The notes beneath the pieces are model-generated. The model was not told the DNA's origin. It ran no database searches and saw only the letters and a list, made by a program, of their open reading frames with translations. A stretch of DNA of 64,000 nt from an uncultured Lachnospiraceae bacterium (GTDB lineage: Bacteria > Bacillota > Clostridia > Lachnospirales > Lachnospiraceae): positions 47,810 to 111,809 of the forward strand of contig CACZFI010000002.1 in NCBI GenBank assembly GCA_902780405.1. The letters are read 5' to 3'. The position numbers were made by a program, and so were the translations under genes. Below, in pieces: positions 20,445 to 30,849 of the stretch; position 1 is the stretch's first letter, and each line of letters opens with the position of its first letter.

Positions 20445-21778
20445 GTGTCGCTTTCTCCTGTATCCTCTTTGATATACTTCATCCATTCCCTGATGTCGCT
20501 TTCCCGACCCAAAGTCCCCGGATGATAAAATGTACTGCCCACAAGCTCATCGGGCAGATACTGCTGTTTAACATAATGGTTCGGAAAGTCGTGTGCATAC
20601 TGATAGCCCACATTTCCGAGATTTGCGGATCCGGAATAATGTGCATCGCGAAGATGTGCGGGAACCCGCGCATCCCTCGCATCCCTCACGGCACCGTTCG
20701 CCGCAAAGATCGCATTGACCACGGCATTGCTCTTCGGCGCAGTCGCCACATAGATCGCCGCATGCGCCAGTATGATCTGGGACTCGGGAAGTCCGATCCG
20801 CTCAACTGCCTGTGCACAGGCGGTTGCCACCACGATGGCCTGCGGGTCTGCCATCCCCACATCCTCGCTGGCACAGATCATGATCCTTCTGGCGATAAAT
20901 TTCACATCTTCACCGGCATAAAGCATCTTTGCAAGATAGTACACTGCCGCATCCGGATCGGAGCCACGCATACTCTTGATGAATGCCGATATCGTATCGT
21001 AGTGGTTGTCTCCGTCCTTCTCATAGCGGAGATTGCGTCTCTGGATACACTCTTCCGCAACCGAAAGATCGATCACAATCTTGCCGCTTTCCTCATCGCG
21101 TGCGGTAGAAAGCACCGCAAGTTCCACTGCATTTAATGCCGTCCTTGCATCTCCCTCGGAGACATCCGCCAGAAAGTCGGCAGCCTCGTCGGTGATCACC
21201 GCCTGGTATGCACCCATACCCTTCTCCGTATCATTCACCGCGCGCAGGATCAGTTTTTTCACATCTTCTGCTGAAAGCGGTTCCAGACGAAAGATGGTGG
21301 ATCGCGAGATCAAAGCGGAGTTTACCTCAAAGTAGGGATTCTCCGTCGTGGCTCCGATCAGGATCACCGTGCCGTCTTCCACATAGGGAAGCAGGAAGTC
21401 CTGCTGCGCCTTGTTGAAGCGGTGAATCTCGTCCACAAAAAGAATGGTCCTCTTACCGAACTGGGAAAGCTGATCTGCAGCAAACGCAACCACATCCGCG
21501 ATATCTTTTTTGCCGGAGGTTGTGGCATTGATCTGGCGGAAGTTCGCTGCGGTGGTTGCCGCAATAACCATCGCAAGGGTGGTCTTGCCCGTGCCGGGAG
21601 GTCCGTACAATAGAATAGAGGAGAGCTTATCGGCCTTTATAACACGATAAAGGAGCTTATCCTTTCCAAGAATATGCTCCTGCCCTACAATCTCCTCTAG
21701 AGTCGAAGGGCGAAGACGTCCCGCTAACGGTGCCTCCCCCTTCATATTCTGTTCTTTCATGTATGAAAACAGGTCCAT
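20441..21778 (-). CDS. rarA: Replication-associated recombination protein A (MgsA)
   Basis: PLAGRLRP, GPPGTGKTT, VDEIHRFNK, GATTENP and SAFIKSMRGSD. Start reassigned to MDLFSY. Confidence 0.95.
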   Translation of the reverse strand: MDLFSYMKEQNMKGEAPLAGRLRPSTLEEIVGQEHILGKDKLLYRVIKADKLSSILLYGPPGTGKTTLAMVIAATTAANFRQINATTSGKKDIADVVAFAADQLSQFGKRTILFVDEIHRFNKAQQDFLLPYVEDGTVILIGATTENPYFEVNSALISRSTIFRLEPLSAEDVKKLILRAVNDTEKGMGAYQAVITDEAADFLADVSEGDARTALNAVELAVLSTARDEESGKIVIDLSVAEECIQRRNLRYEKDGDNHYDTISAFIKSMRGSDPDAAVYYLAKMLYAGEDVKFIARRIMICASEDVGMADPQAIVVATACAQAVERIGLPESQIILAHAAIYVATAPKSNAVVNAIFAANGAVRDARDARVPAHLRDAHYSGSANLGNVGYQYAHDFPNHYVKQQYLPDELVGSTFYHPGTLGRESDIREWMKYIKEDTGESDT

Positions 21779-21779
21779 C

Positions 21780-22169
21780 TTACTGAAGTCCGAGTTTCTT
21801 GATGATCGTATCAAACTTTATGATATCGATCGGTTTACACATGTATTCTTCGTAATCATCACTCGCAATGGAGGAGTCGAATCCTTCATCAAGTGCACTG
21901 ATCATAATCACTTTGCATCTGGAGTCTCTGGCGAGACCGAGTTTTCTTTCCGCATCGCGGATGGATGCAAGGGCCTTGTAGCCATCGATCTTCGGCATCA
22001 TGATATCCATACATACAAGATCAAAACGCTCACCGGAGCCTGCTGCCTCAACAAAAGAATTCACGGCTGCGATTCCGTCTCTTGCAAGCACTACCTCCCC
22101 ATATTTTGATAACAGCTTCTGCATGAATTTTCCACTGGCGATATCGTCTTCAGCCACCAAAACCTTCAT
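21780..22169 (-). CDS. Single-domain CheY-like response regulator
   Basis: VAEDD, MDIMMP (phospho-Asp), ISA and KP motifs; no output domain. Confidence 0.9.
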   Translation of the reverse strand: MKVLVAEDDIASGKFMQKLLSKYGEVVLARDGIAAVNSFVEAAGSGERFDLVCMDIMMPKIDGYKALASIRDAERKLGLARDSRCKVIMISALDEGFDSSIASDDYEEYMCKPIDIIKFDTIIKKLGLQ

Positions 22170-22179
22170 AGTGCACCTC

Positions 22180-22767
22180 CTATATGGCAATCAATTCGAA
22201 CCACTTATTGAGAAATCCCATAAACTCCTGTTTGAAGGTCGTCTTGATGTATACGATCCTTCGCTTCAGGATGTAGGCCATCAGCACACCCGTCACCTGT
22301 GTCGCAAGATCAAATCCGCTGAACAAGGTGGTGATCTCATGCTCCGCGATTGCTTTGTCAAAAAGCTCTTCCAGGAACAGCTGGCGCTCCGTGATACACT
22401 TCGTGATCTTCTCACGGGTGTCCGCATTGTGCAGCAGTTCCTCGTACTGAAGCATCAGTGTCGAGATGGCATAGTAGTTCTCATAATAGGTCGCGTATGC
22501 CTCAAAATAGTCCTTGATCTTTTGGATATTCGTCACCTGCTTCGCACTCACCGTCTGACGGATACTGTTGTCGAACCTGGCATAGTAGTCCACAACCTCC
22601 ACCAGAACCTCATTGATACTGCCGAAGTATCTGTAGAGAAGTGCGTCGGACATGTTCTCCTTGAGGGCCAGATTGTGTGTGGTCAAAGAAGATAGTCCGG
22701 AGTCGCTGATAATCTCAACCGCAGAGGATATGATTCTGTCTTTTCTCGATACAAAACTGTCGTTCAT
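22180..22767 (-). CDS. TetR/AcrR family regulator
   Basis: N-terminal HTH IISSAVEIISDSG...LYRYF. Confidence 0.88.
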   Translation of the reverse strand: MNDSFVSRKDRIISSAVEIISDSGLSSLTTHNLALKENMSDALLYRYFGSINEVLVEVVDYYARFDNSIRQTVSAKQVTNIQKIKDYFEAYATYYENYYAISTLMLQYEELLHNADTREKITKCITERQLFLEELFDKAIAEHEITTLFSGFDLATQVTGVLMAYILKRRIVYIKTTFKQEFMGFLNKWFELIAI

Positions 22768-22810
22768 GACGTCTCTCCTCCCCCGCAAGTCATCCTATAA
22801 ATCACCACTT

Positions 22811-22839
22811 ATTTTATGCCATTTATCCGCCTTTGTCAA
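22811..22839 (-). promoter_or_regulatory. Near-consensus sigma-A promoter ahead of tetR
   Basis: TTGACA-17 nt-TAAAAT. Confidence 0.8.
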
Positions 22840-22867
22840 TCAAGATGCGGTATTTGAAGACAAAAGG

Positions 22868-22902
22868 AAAACAGGCGGAAACGCTGATGTTTCCGCCTGT
22901 TT
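22868..22902 (-). terminator. Terminator after the cold-shock gene
   Basis: AAACAGGCGGAAAC/GTTTCCGCCTGTTT inverted repeat. Confidence 0.8.
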
Positions 22903-22935
22903 ATTGCATTTAATCTATGAAAAGTTAAATACAAA

Positions 22936-23139
22936 TTACTGTACGACTGTTACGTTGGTTGCCTGAGGGCCCTTCTCGCCGTCTACAACGTCGAACTCAA
23001 CGGTCTGATTCTCTTCAAGTGTCTTGAATCCTTCCATGTTAAGGCCGGTGAAATGTACGAATACATCCTTGCCTGTCTCGTCTGTGATGAATCCAAAGCC
23101 CTTCTGGTTGTTAAACCACTTTACAGTTCCTTTCGTCAT
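22936..23139 (-). CDS. cspA: Cold-shock protein
   Basis: [16 protein letters not shown] and DVFVHF (RNP1/RNP2 motifs). Confidence 0.95.
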   Translation of the reverse strand: MTKGTVKWFNNQKGFGFITDETGKDVFVHFTGLNMEGFKTLEENQTVEFDVVDGEKGPQATNVTVVQ

Positions 23140-23218
23140 GATACTTCCTCCAAAAAAAATTATGCTGGCGTATTCACGCTTCTTGAAGTATAGCACATTT
23201 GGAAACCCCCTTCAAGCC

Positions 23219-24112
23219 TCACAATGTCATTTTCATGCCCACGGTGTCAAAATGATACACTGAATCTGATAAATAATCCATTTCGGATACCACGGAGCGG
23301 TTAATCTCATAAACCATCCTCTCCAAACCTTCGCGATCCGGAAAGCTTTTCTCCGGCACCAAAAGCAACTCATGCACACTGGAAGGGAGGATATAAAAGT
23401 CCTCTCCCACTTCCCTGCTCGCAAGTTCCATTGCCTCGGGAAGAAGCATGGAAGTTGCACCGTTGATGTTGCTGGTATTCGTAAGCACGTAGATTCCCGT
23501 CTCGGCTCCTTCCGGCACAGGACAAGCCCCTTCCGTAAGGAGTCTTGCAATCAGAGTATCCAACCGCTCGATCCTCGGCGGAAACAGTTTTAAGGTGTTA
23601 ACCTTCGCGAGTTCAAAGAGATGATCGACATCCTCTCCCCACTTGACTAAGTCGCTGTTTTCCACCGCCGTGGAAGATACGCCGTCCCCCGAGACTTTGG
23701 TCAGATACCTGAAGGTGACCGCAAGATCATGGAAGAGGATATACGGCATATTCCGCAGGGATGGTTCATTCTTTTTGTAGTTCACCACTCTTAAAAACAC
23801 ATGGTCTTCATATGCATCCTTTGAAAAGTCCGCATACTCTCCTTCGGAGAGAACGGATGATGCTCTCCGATACTCCGCAGCGATCTCTGCAAGCACGGTT
23901 TCCATAGACGCTCCGCTTTCGTACATGGAGTAATAGTACTCCATGTAAATGTTTGGTGCCACAGGCGCATCCTTCTTCCTTAGCATAAGGCCCTGCAGTA
24001 AAACACCGTTGTTCTTCTCAATCGGTCGCACCGATACGTCCTCGAAATCACAATCGAGGAGATAGTCGCCGATCTCATCGACGACAGCATTCAAAAATTC
24101 TTTATAATCCAT
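23219..24112 (-). CDS. DUF5688 family protein
   Basis: KNNGVLLQGL, APNIYMEYY, VLTNTSNINGA, YILPSSVHE and YLSDSVY pattern recognised from memory. Confidence 0.75.
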   Translation of the reverse strand: MDYKEFLNAVVDEIGDYLLDCDFEDVSVRPIEKNNGVLLQGLMLRKKDAPVAPNIYMEYYYSMYESGASMETVLAEIAAEYRRASSVLSEGEYADFSKDAYEDHVFLRVVNYKKNEPSLRNMPYILFHDLAVTFRYLTKVSGDGVSSTAVENSDLVKWGEDVDHLFELAKVNTLKLFPPRIERLDTLIARLLTEGACPVPEGAETGIYVLTNTSNINGATSMLLPEAMELASREVGEDFYILPSSVHELLLVPEKSFPDREGLERMVYEINRSVVSEMDYLSDSVYHFDTVGMKMTL

Positions 24113-24204
24113 AGTTTGTCCCCATACATAAAAACAGATCCAATTGCTTTCGTATCGGGAATTCGGGAAATATGGGCGAATCGCCCATGACTGATGATGG
24201 TTCG

Positions 24205-24233
24205 ATTATACTCCTCCACCGCCGTTTAGGCAA
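24205..24233 (-). promoter_or_regulatory. Sigma-A promoter of the DUF5688 gene
   Basis: TTGCCT-17 nt-TATAAT. Confidence 0.7.
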
Positions 24234-24314
24234 GAAAAAAACACACGACACATCCGGAATCCGGCACAAGGCAGGATCGTCTGTATCGTGTGTTATGATA
24301 GATCGGTTTTTATA

Positions 24315-25244
24315 TTACTCTGTGAAGATCGGTGTTGAGTAGTAACGGTCACCGCTGTCCGGAAGCAATGCTACGATCACCTTGCCTGCATTCTCCGGCT
24401 TCTTGGCATACTCGATTCCCGCATGAAGCGCAGCGCCCGAGGAGATTCCCACGGAGATGCCCTCCTTCTTTGCAAGAAGCTTAGCAGCTTCGAATGCATC
24501 CTGAGATGCCGCCTTAAACACTTCATCATACACCTTCGTGTTTAATACGTCGGGCACAAAACCGGCACCGATACCCTGGATCTTGTGCGGTCCCGCATGT
24601 CCTTCGGAAAGAACCGGCGAATCCTCAGGCTCCAAAGCAACGATCTTTACATCGGACTTCTGCTCCTTTAAATACTCACCGACACCGGTTACCGTACCGC
24701 CGGTACCGACACCTGCGATAAAGATATCCACCTTGCCCTCGGTGTCCTTCCAAATCTCGGGACCCGTGGTTGCCTTGTGAATTGCCGGATTGGCCGGATT
24801 GACAAACTGTCCGGGAATGAAGGAATTCGGGATTTCCTTTGAGAGCTCTTCTGCCTTGGCAATCGCACCCTTCATACCCTTGGCACCCTCGGTTAGTACA
24901 AGTTCGGCGCCGTATGCTTTAAGGATGTTTCTTCTCTCCACACTCATCGTCTCGGGCATAGTGAGGATGATGCGATACCCCTTCGCAGCGGCGATGGACG
25001 CAAGTCCGATACCTGTATTTCCGCTGGTAGGTTCAATGATAACGGAACCTTCTTTTAATACACCCTTCTCTTCCGCGTCTTCGATCATGGCCTTGGCCAC
25101 ACGATCCTTCACGCTTCCCGCAGGATTTAAGTACTCGAGTTTCACAAGCAAGGTTGCCTGAAGTCCGAGTTCCTTTTCGATATTGGTAAGCTCCACGAGG
25201 GGCGTGTTACCGATCAGTTCCGTAGCTCCTTTGTAAATTCCCAT
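24315..25244 (-). CDS. cysK: Cysteine synthase A
   Basis: [28 protein letters not shown] and HKIQGIGAG. Start reassigned to MGIYKG. Confidence 0.96.
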   Translation of the reverse strand: MGIYKGATELIGNTPLVELTNIEKELGLQATLLVKLEYLNPAGSVKDRVAKAMIEDAEEKGVLKEGSVIIEPTSGNTGIGLASIAAAKGYRIILTMPETMSVERRNILKAYGAELVLTEGAKGMKGAIAKAEELSKEIPNSFIPGQFVNPANPAIHKATTGPEIWKDTEGKVDIFIAGVGTGGTVTGVGEYLKEQKSDVKIVALEPEDSPVLSEGHAGPHKIQGIGAGFVPDVLNTKVYDEVFKAASQDAFEAAKLLAKKEGISVGISSGAALHAGIEYAKKPENAGKVIVALLPDSGDRYYSTPIFTE

Positions 25245-25260
25245 AAAAAATCCTTCCTTT

Positions 25261-26544
25261 CTATTTTGCTGCCGCAAAGCCTCTCTCAAGGTCGGCAATG
25301 ATATCGTCAATATGCTCCGTACCGATGGAAAGACGGATGGTATTTCTCTTGATTCCCTGGTCGAGAAGTTCCTCGTCGGAAAGCTGCGAATGCGTTGTAG
25401 ACGCAGGATGGATCACAAGTGACTTCACATCTGCAACATTCGCAAGGAGGGAGAAGATCTGTAACGCATCGATAAATTTCCATGCCTCTTCCTGTCCGCC
25501 CTTGATATCAAAGGTGAAGATGGAACCGCCTCCGTTCGGGAAATACTTCTCATAAAGCGCATGGTCCGGATGGTCCGGAAGTGACGGATGGGATACATGC
25601 TCAACCTGCGGATGCTTGGAAAGGAACTCTACCACCTTGGCCGCATTCTCTGCGTGACGCTCAAGACGAAGCGACAGTGTCTCAACACCCTGAAGCAGCA
25701 AAAATGCGTTGAATGGTGAAATGGTTGCACCCGTGTCACGAAGCAGGATCGCACGGATGAATGTAACGAACGCTGCAGGTCCTACCGCATCATAGAAAGA
25801 TACACCATGATAGCTGGGGTTCGGTGCTGCGATGTTCGGATACTTTCCGCTTGCCTTAAAATCAAACTTGCCGGACTCTACTATAATACCGCCTAATGTG
25901 GTTCCGTGTCCACCGATAAATTTGGTTGCGGAGTGAACTACGATATCTGCGCCGTGCTCGATGGGACGGATCAGGTAAGGTGTGCCGAAAGTATTATCGA
26001 TCACAACCGGAAGTCCGTGCTTGTGTGCAAGTTCGGATACCGCATCAATATCGGGGATATCACTGTTGGGGTTGCCGAGGGTCTCAAGGAAGATGGCTCT
26101 CGTATCCTCTGTGATCGCTGCCTCAACCTCTGCGAGATCATGTACATTGACGAAGGTTGTCTTGATACCGTACTGCGGAAGTGTGTGTGCAAGCAGGTTA
26201 TAGGTACCTCCGTAGATGGTCTTCTGCGCCACAATGTGACCGCCGTTGGCTGCAAGCGCCTGGATCGTATAGGTAATGGCTGCCGCGCCGGATGCAAGGG
26301 CAAGCGCTGCGCTTCCGCCCTCTAAAGCTGCCAGTCTCTTCTCTAACACATCCTGTGTGGAGTTTGTGAGACGTCCGTAGATATTTCCGGCATCCGCAAG
26401 TCCGAAACGGTCTGCAGCATGCTTGCTGTTATGGAATACATAAGATGTGGTCTGGTAGATGGGTACCGCTCTGGAATCGGTAGCGGGATCCGCCTCTTCC
26501 TGTCCTACGTGTAACTGTAATGTTTCAAATCTGTAATCACTCAT
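25261..26544 (-). CDS. metY: O-acetylhomoserine aminocarboxypropyltransferase (sulfhydrylase)
   Basis: [34 protein letters not shown] and IRLSIGTE. Confidence 0.93.
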   Translation of the reverse strand: MSDYRFETLQLHVGQEEADPATDSRAVPIYQTTSYVFHNSKHAADRFGLADAGNIYGRLTNSTQDVLEKRLAALEGGSAALALASGAAAITYTIQALAANGGHIVAQKTIYGGTYNLLAHTLPQYGIKTTFVNVHDLAEVEAAITEDTRAIFLETLGNPNSDIPDIDAVSELAHKHGLPVVIDNTFGTPYLIRPIEHGADIVVHSATKFIGGHGTTLGGIIVESGKFDFKASGKYPNIAAPNPSYHGVSFYDAVGPAAFVTFIRAILLRDTGATISPFNAFLLLQGVETLSLRLERHAENAAKVVEFLSKHPQVEHVSHPSLPDHPDHALYEKYFPNGGGSIFTFDIKGGQEEAWKFIDALQIFSLLANVADVKSLVIHPASTTHSQLSDEELLDQGIKRNTIRLSIGTEHIDDIIADLERGFAAAK

Positions 26545-26580
26545 TTTTAAAATCTCCTTTTCATCCTATATCTCTGTAAA

Positions 26581-26709
26581 TCAGTTTTCTATCATCTCTC
26601 GGCGTTGACAGCTGCAACATCCGAATACCTTTTCCGTGTACTCTGCCTTGCGGCAACACATTCGATCAAGCCATAAGCTGCATGTCCTATATCCGGTTCT
26701 GGGTTCCAT
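26581..26709 (-). CDS. Unannotated 42-aa Cys-rich peptide (leader/first cistron of metY-cysK)
   Basis: Hand translation: MEPRTGYRTCSLWLDRMCCRKAEYTEKVFGCCSCQRREMIEN*. AAAGGAGG lies 8 nt upstream of the ATG. The ORF is below the ORF-track length cut-off. Confidence 0.65.
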   Translation of the reverse strand: MEPRTGYRTCSLWLDRMCCRKAEYTEKVFGCCSCQRREMIEN

Positions 26710-26760
26710 GTCTTCCGCCTCCTTTTTTCATGTTTCGGTTCATTTCTTAAGGACAGGCTT

Positions 26761-26795
26761 ATCTTATCATCAACAACCTACTAAGTCAATAGGTT
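26761..26795 (-). promoter_or_regulatory. Promoter TTGACT-17-TAAGAT with an overlapping palindromic operator AACCTAyT-N5-ArTAGGTT
   Basis: -10 at 26761-26766 and -35 at 26784-26789; the dyad at 26775-26795 covers the -35. Confidence 0.7.
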
Positions 26796-26854
26796 TAATA
26801 GGCTCAGGCTATAGCGAATTCGGATAACTTGTTATAGGCGATTCCTATATACCA

Positions 26855-26898
26855 AAAAAGGCCCGGAACACGCTACCTTTGTAACGTGTCCGGACCCG
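26855..26898 (-). terminator. Terminator after the hydrogenase-MCP gene
   Basis: GGGTCCGGACACGTTAC...GTAGCGTGTTCCGGGCC followed by TTTTTT on the minus strand. Confidence 0.75.
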
Positions 26899-26908
26899 TA
26901 ATGCTTTG

Positions 26909-28879
26909 TCAGATACCGGCAGCCTCCTGGCTGTCCTTGACCAGTTTCTGAAGTACAACCCGTACCTCCTCCACAGTCTCGGAAATGCTGTTGGTGGAAT
27001 CGGAGATTTCCTCGGTCGAAGCGGCAAGTTGGCCGATCTTATCCTTCACACTCTCCACGATGTCGAGCAGCTGGGATGTCTCGCCTGCAATATAGCTGAT
27101 GGCATCCTGAATGTTGCTGTTCGCCTGTCCGCTGCTTTCCGCCGTCTCCTTGGAATCGGCCGCTAAGTTGTTGATCTCACCTGCGACAACCGCAAATCCC
27201 CTGCCTGCCTCACCCGCTCTTGCAGCCTCGATCGAAGCATTCAGCGCAAGCAGATTGGTCTGGTTGGCGATATCCACGACTTTGTCGTTGTTAGCCGTAA
27301 GTTCTTTTAAAGCGCCCGTGATATTGCCGATGGAATCGTTCAGTTTCTCGCAGAAGCTCGTGACACTTGTCATCTCCTCGGAGATGGAAGCGCTTTGCTT
27401 TGCGTTGTTTTCATTACCCTCGGACATACCGCTGATGGACTCGCGAAGTTCGCCGAACCTCTCGTTGATATCCTCCACGATGTGATAGATCTCATCGCGC
27501 TGCGCATTTAAGACAGCTCTCTCGTGCTCCACCATATCCTGTGCTTCCACCTTCTCAAGTTCCACGAGATCCTTCAGGTAGTGCACACAGTTGTCCTTGT
27601 GATTAAAGCCGTTGTAGATGGCCGTCGCCATCATCTTGCAGCTGTCGTAACCGCAGCAGGAACAGTTGATCTTTCTGGATGCATCGGTCAGCTTGTGCAT
27701 ATCCGTAAAGATTCTGTCGAGTTCCGCAGGTGACGGCGTCTTGTAAGTACACTGCGCCGACCTGTCGGTATAGTTGCGGATATAATCCTCAAGCTTCAAG
27801 TGCTCGAACTGCTTGTTTAACGCAGCCAGCCTCTTCTCCGGTGTAAGTGTCCTTGACCATACGCTCTTCTTGTCGTTCTTCTTGACACTCTCCTGAATGT
27901 CATGGATGTGATAAAGCGGATCATCACAGTCCGTCACCGCGGGATCCGTGGCCGTACCGCAGATACATCCGTTCTCGCAGTTTAGAGCGTCCACGAACAG
28001 ATAAGGCGTTCTGCCGCCCTTGATTCTGTCGGCGTTCTTCTCTAAGTAGTGGTACATCTTCTTCTCGCCCTCAATCTGGCGGATGAAGACTTCGTTGCCG
28101 AGAAGCCAGTAGACGTTCTCCTTCAGGCCGCCGGGCATCGGATAGATCGAACCGAGACCGTACTCGATCTCATCCTTGATGGGATCCCCCATCAGGTTGT
28201 GGCTCTTCACATACTTCATCAGATGGTCAAATGTGACGTTGTACCGAATGTAGCCCTTGGTGTTCGGATCGGCGATCTCCATCTTCTTGGCGATACAGGG
28301 ACTGATAAACGCGAACTGATCCGTGATCCCAAGTTCTTTTCTCGCATAGATGGCAGCGCACATCATCGGACTGTGCACGGGAAACAGCTTCGGAAGAAGC
28401 TCCGGCAGATAGCGCTCGATATAACCCACCACCGCGGGACAGGGCTGGGAGATGCCGCCTAAGTAGTTGTGTTTCTGAATGTAGTTAATATAACCCCAAG
28501 TTGTGATATCAGCACCGAACGAAACGCTGATCAATCTGTTCACGCCGAGTTTCTTTAAACCACCCAATACTCTCTCGTAATCCCTCGGGTAGTCTGCGAG
28601 AAACGCCGGTGCAATCAGTACGGATATCCTTTCACCCCTCTTTAACGCCTCAAAGAATTCCTCCGTGTCGTCACGGAATTCTCTTGCATGATGCTCACAG
28701 GCATCAAAGCAGGCGCCGCACGAAATGCATCTGTCCTTGTCTACTTCTATACGGGACACCCCGTTTGCGTCAGCTTCCGTCGAGACGCAAGCTCCCATAC
28801 AACTACAGGCACTGATACACTTGTTGCAGCCTACACAATTTTCATTTGTGTAGACCAAAGATTCCTTTCCGAATTCCAT
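26909..28879 (-). CDS. [FeFe]-hydrogenase-like domain fused to a methyl-accepting chemotaxis signalling domain (putative group C2 sensory hydrogenase)
   Basis: Two CxxCxxCxxxC ferredoxin motifs; H-cluster-like motifs [15 protein letters not shown] and [10 protein letters not shown]; extra FeS motif [10 protein letters not shown]...NC; MCP core [27 protein letters not shown]. Confidence 0.85.
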   Translation of the reverse strand: MEFGKESLVYTNENCVGCNKCISACSCMGACVSTEADANGVSRIEVDKDRCISCGACFDACEHHAREFRDDTEEFFEALKRGERISVLIAPAFLADYPRDYERVLGGLKKLGVNRLISVSFGADITTWGYINYIQKHNYLGGISQPCPAVVGYIERYLPELLPKLFPVHSPMMCAAIYARKELGITDQFAFISPCIAKKMEIADPNTKGYIRYNVTFDHLMKYVKSHNLMGDPIKDEIEYGLGSIYPMPGGLKENVYWLLGNEVFIRQIEGEKKMYHYLEKNADRIKGGRTPYLFVDALNCENGCICGTATDPAVTDCDDPLYHIHDIQESVKKNDKKSVWSRTLTPEKRLAALNKQFEHLKLEDYIRNYTDRSAQCTYKTPSPAELDRIFTDMHKLTDASRKINCSCCGYDSCKMMATAIYNGFNHKDNCVHYLKDLVELEKVEAQDMVEHERAVLNAQRDEIYHIVEDINERFGELRESISGMSEGNENNAKQSASISEEMTSVTSFCEKLNDSIGNITGALKELTANNDKVVDIANQTNLLALNASIEAARAGEAGRGFAVVAGEINNLAADSKETAESSGQANSNIQDAISYIAGETSQLLDIVESVKDKIGQLAASTEEISDSTNSISETVEEVRVVLQKLVKDSQEAAGI

Positions 28880-28920
28880 ATGAAGTACACCTCCGCAAGT
28901 TATATAAACACACAGAATTA

Positions 28921-29979
28921 TTATAAATCAAACGATTTTATTTCGCAAAGAAAATCTGCATATGCGCGCATTTCCTCATCGGTTCCGATGGAGATACGAA
29001 GGAAGTTGTCGATGCGCGGTTTGTCAAAATATCGAACCAGAAAACCGGCCTCTTTCGAACGTGCGAAGATCTCCTTCGCCGGGATCGTCGGATGAGACGC
29101 AAAGACAAAATTTGCGGAAGAAGGAAGCACGGTATAGCCCGCCTTGCGAATAGCCTCGGCAAAAGCCTCACGTGTCTTTATAACCTTATCTACCGTTTCT
29201 TTAAAATACGCATCATCCCGAATACTCTCCACACCGTAGATGATGGAGGGACGGTTCATTGTATAAGAATTGTAAGAATACTTAACGTCATTTAAGTAGG
29301 CGATCATCTTCTCGCTTCCGATGGCATATCCGATCCGAAGTCCCGCCATGGAGCGTGATTTGGAAAATGTACGAACCACCAGAAGGTTCTCGAATTCATC
29401 CAAAAGCGTAAGGGCCGAAGTTCCGCCGAAGTCAATGTAAGCCTCATCTACGATCACAACCACATTCGGGTTCTTGGAGATGATGGAACGAACATCCTCA
29501 ATCGGAAGCGCAATGCCCGTGGGCGCATTGGGATTGGGGAAGACGATACCTCCGCACTCCCGTGCGTAGTCCGCCGGATCGATCCTGTAATCCCCGGTTA
29601 AGGGAATGGTCTCAAAAGGAATCTCCAGCATATCTGCCCATACATCATAAAATGAATAGGTGATATCCGGGAAGAGAATCTTCTTTCCGCTGTGAAAGAA
29701 TGTCATAAAAGCCATGGCAAGCACGTCGTCCGATCCGACGCCGACAAATACACGCTTGTCGCTTACGCCGTGATACTCTGCGATCGCATGCACAAGATCC
29801 GATGCCGTGGGATCCGGATAGAGCCTTAAAGCATCAAACGAAAGCGCTGCCGCCTCAACCTTCGGTGAAGGCGGGTACGGATTCTCGTTGGTATTTAATT
29901 TTACATAGGTCCGTTCCTTCGGCTGCTCGCCGGGAGTATACGGAACAACTTTTCGTACATTTGCTTCCCAAGTTGACAT
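28921..29979 (-). CDS. hisC: Histidinol-phosphate aminotransferase
   Basis: [26 protein letters not shown] and [15 protein letters not shown]. Confidence 0.93.
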   Translation of the reverse strand: MSTWEANVRKVVPYTPGEQPKERTYVKLNTNENPYPPSPKVEAAALSFDALRLYPDPTASDLVHAIAEYHGVSDKRVFVGVGSDDVLAMAFMTFFHSGKKILFPDITYSFYDVWADMLEIPFETIPLTGDYRIDPADYARECGGIVFPNPNAPTGIALPIEDVRSIISKNPNVVVIVDEAYIDFGGTSALTLLDEFENLLVVRTFSKSRSMAGLRIGYAIGSEKMIAYLNDVKYSYNSYTMNRPSIIYGVESIRDDAYFKETVDKVIKTREAFAEAIRKAGYTVLPSSANFVFASHPTIPAKEIFARSKEAGFLVRYFDKPRIDNFLRISIGTDEEMRAYADFLCEIKSFDL

Positions 29980-30015
29980 AATATTCTCTCCTATCCGCGA
30001 CCCGCGTAAATAATC

Positions 30016-30837
30016 TTACGCAAGTGCCAAGAAATAAACCAGAAGTGCTGCACCGAGCACGATGCGATATACACCGAAGACGGTGAAGTCATGCTTCTTG
30101 ATATAAGCCATCAGGAACTTGATCACGAGCAAGGATACAAGGAACGCAACCGCGCATCCCACACCCAGAATCAAAAGCTCATGTCCGGTAAATGCAAAAC
30201 CAAACTTTAAGAGCTTGATAAAGGAAAGTCCGAACATAACGGGTACTGCCAGGAAGAAGGTAAACTCCGCTGCCGCTACTCTCGATACACCGATTAATAA
30301 AGCACCGATGATGGTGGCGCCGGATCTCGATGTACCGGGAATGATTGCAAGTACCTGGAAGAGTCCGATGATCAACGCAATCTTATAAGTGATGTCCGAA
30401 AGTTCAAGCACCTTCGGCTCGCGCTTCTTGTTCCAAGCCTCAATCACGATGAACAAGATACCGTAGAAGATCAAAGCTGCCGCAATCACCACGGGTGTTT
30501 CCAAATGTTCCTCGATCCAGTCGTCAAACAGAAGTGTTACGACGGTTCCGGGGATGCAGGCCACAACGACCTTGAACCAGATAGACCAGACGTCCTTCTT
30601 CATACAGGGCTTCTTGTCTTCGGTAAGTCCGAACGGCCACATTTTCTTGATAAAGGTAAGTACCACCGCAAGGATGGCGCCGAGCTGGATTACGACGAAG
30701 AACATTTCCTTGAACTCGTCGCTCGCCGATAATTTAATAAACTCATCCACGAGGAGCATGTGTCCCGTACTGCTTATGGGGAGCCACTCCGTGATACCCT
30801 CAACGATACCGAGGATGATGACTTTTAAAAGTTCCAT
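30016..30837 (-). CDS. uppP: Undecaprenyl-diphosphatase (BacA)
   Basis: [17 protein letters not shown] and PGTSRSGAT. Confidence 0.96.
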   Translation of the reverse strand: MELLKVIILGIVEGITEWLPISSTGHMLLVDEFIKLSASDEFKEMFFVVIQLGAILAVVLTFIKKMWPFGLTEDKKPCMKKDVWSIWFKVVVACIPGTVVTLLFDDWIEEHLETPVVIAAALIFYGILFIVIEAWNKKREPKVLELSDITYKIALIIGLFQVLAIIPGTSRSGATIIGALLIGVSRVAAAEFTFFLAVPVMFGLSFIKLLKFGFAFTGHELLILGVGCAVAFLVSLLVIKFLMAYIKKHDFTVFGVYRIVLGAALLVYFLALA

Positions 30838-30849
30838 ACTGCTGCCTCA

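Noticed and set aside
26581-26709. SCIFF/ranthipeptide identity for the six-Cys peptide
   Set aside because: The Cys spacing is unlike SCIFF (CxxCxxxCxxxCxxxC) and there is no adjacent radical SAM maturase; hemW is about 23 kb away and is a heme chaperone.
26545-26900. SAM-I riboswitch or T-box upstream of metY
   Set aside because: No ATC...GAGGG S-box core and no AGGGTGGNACCGCG T-box sequence; the space is taken by the promoter and the sORF.
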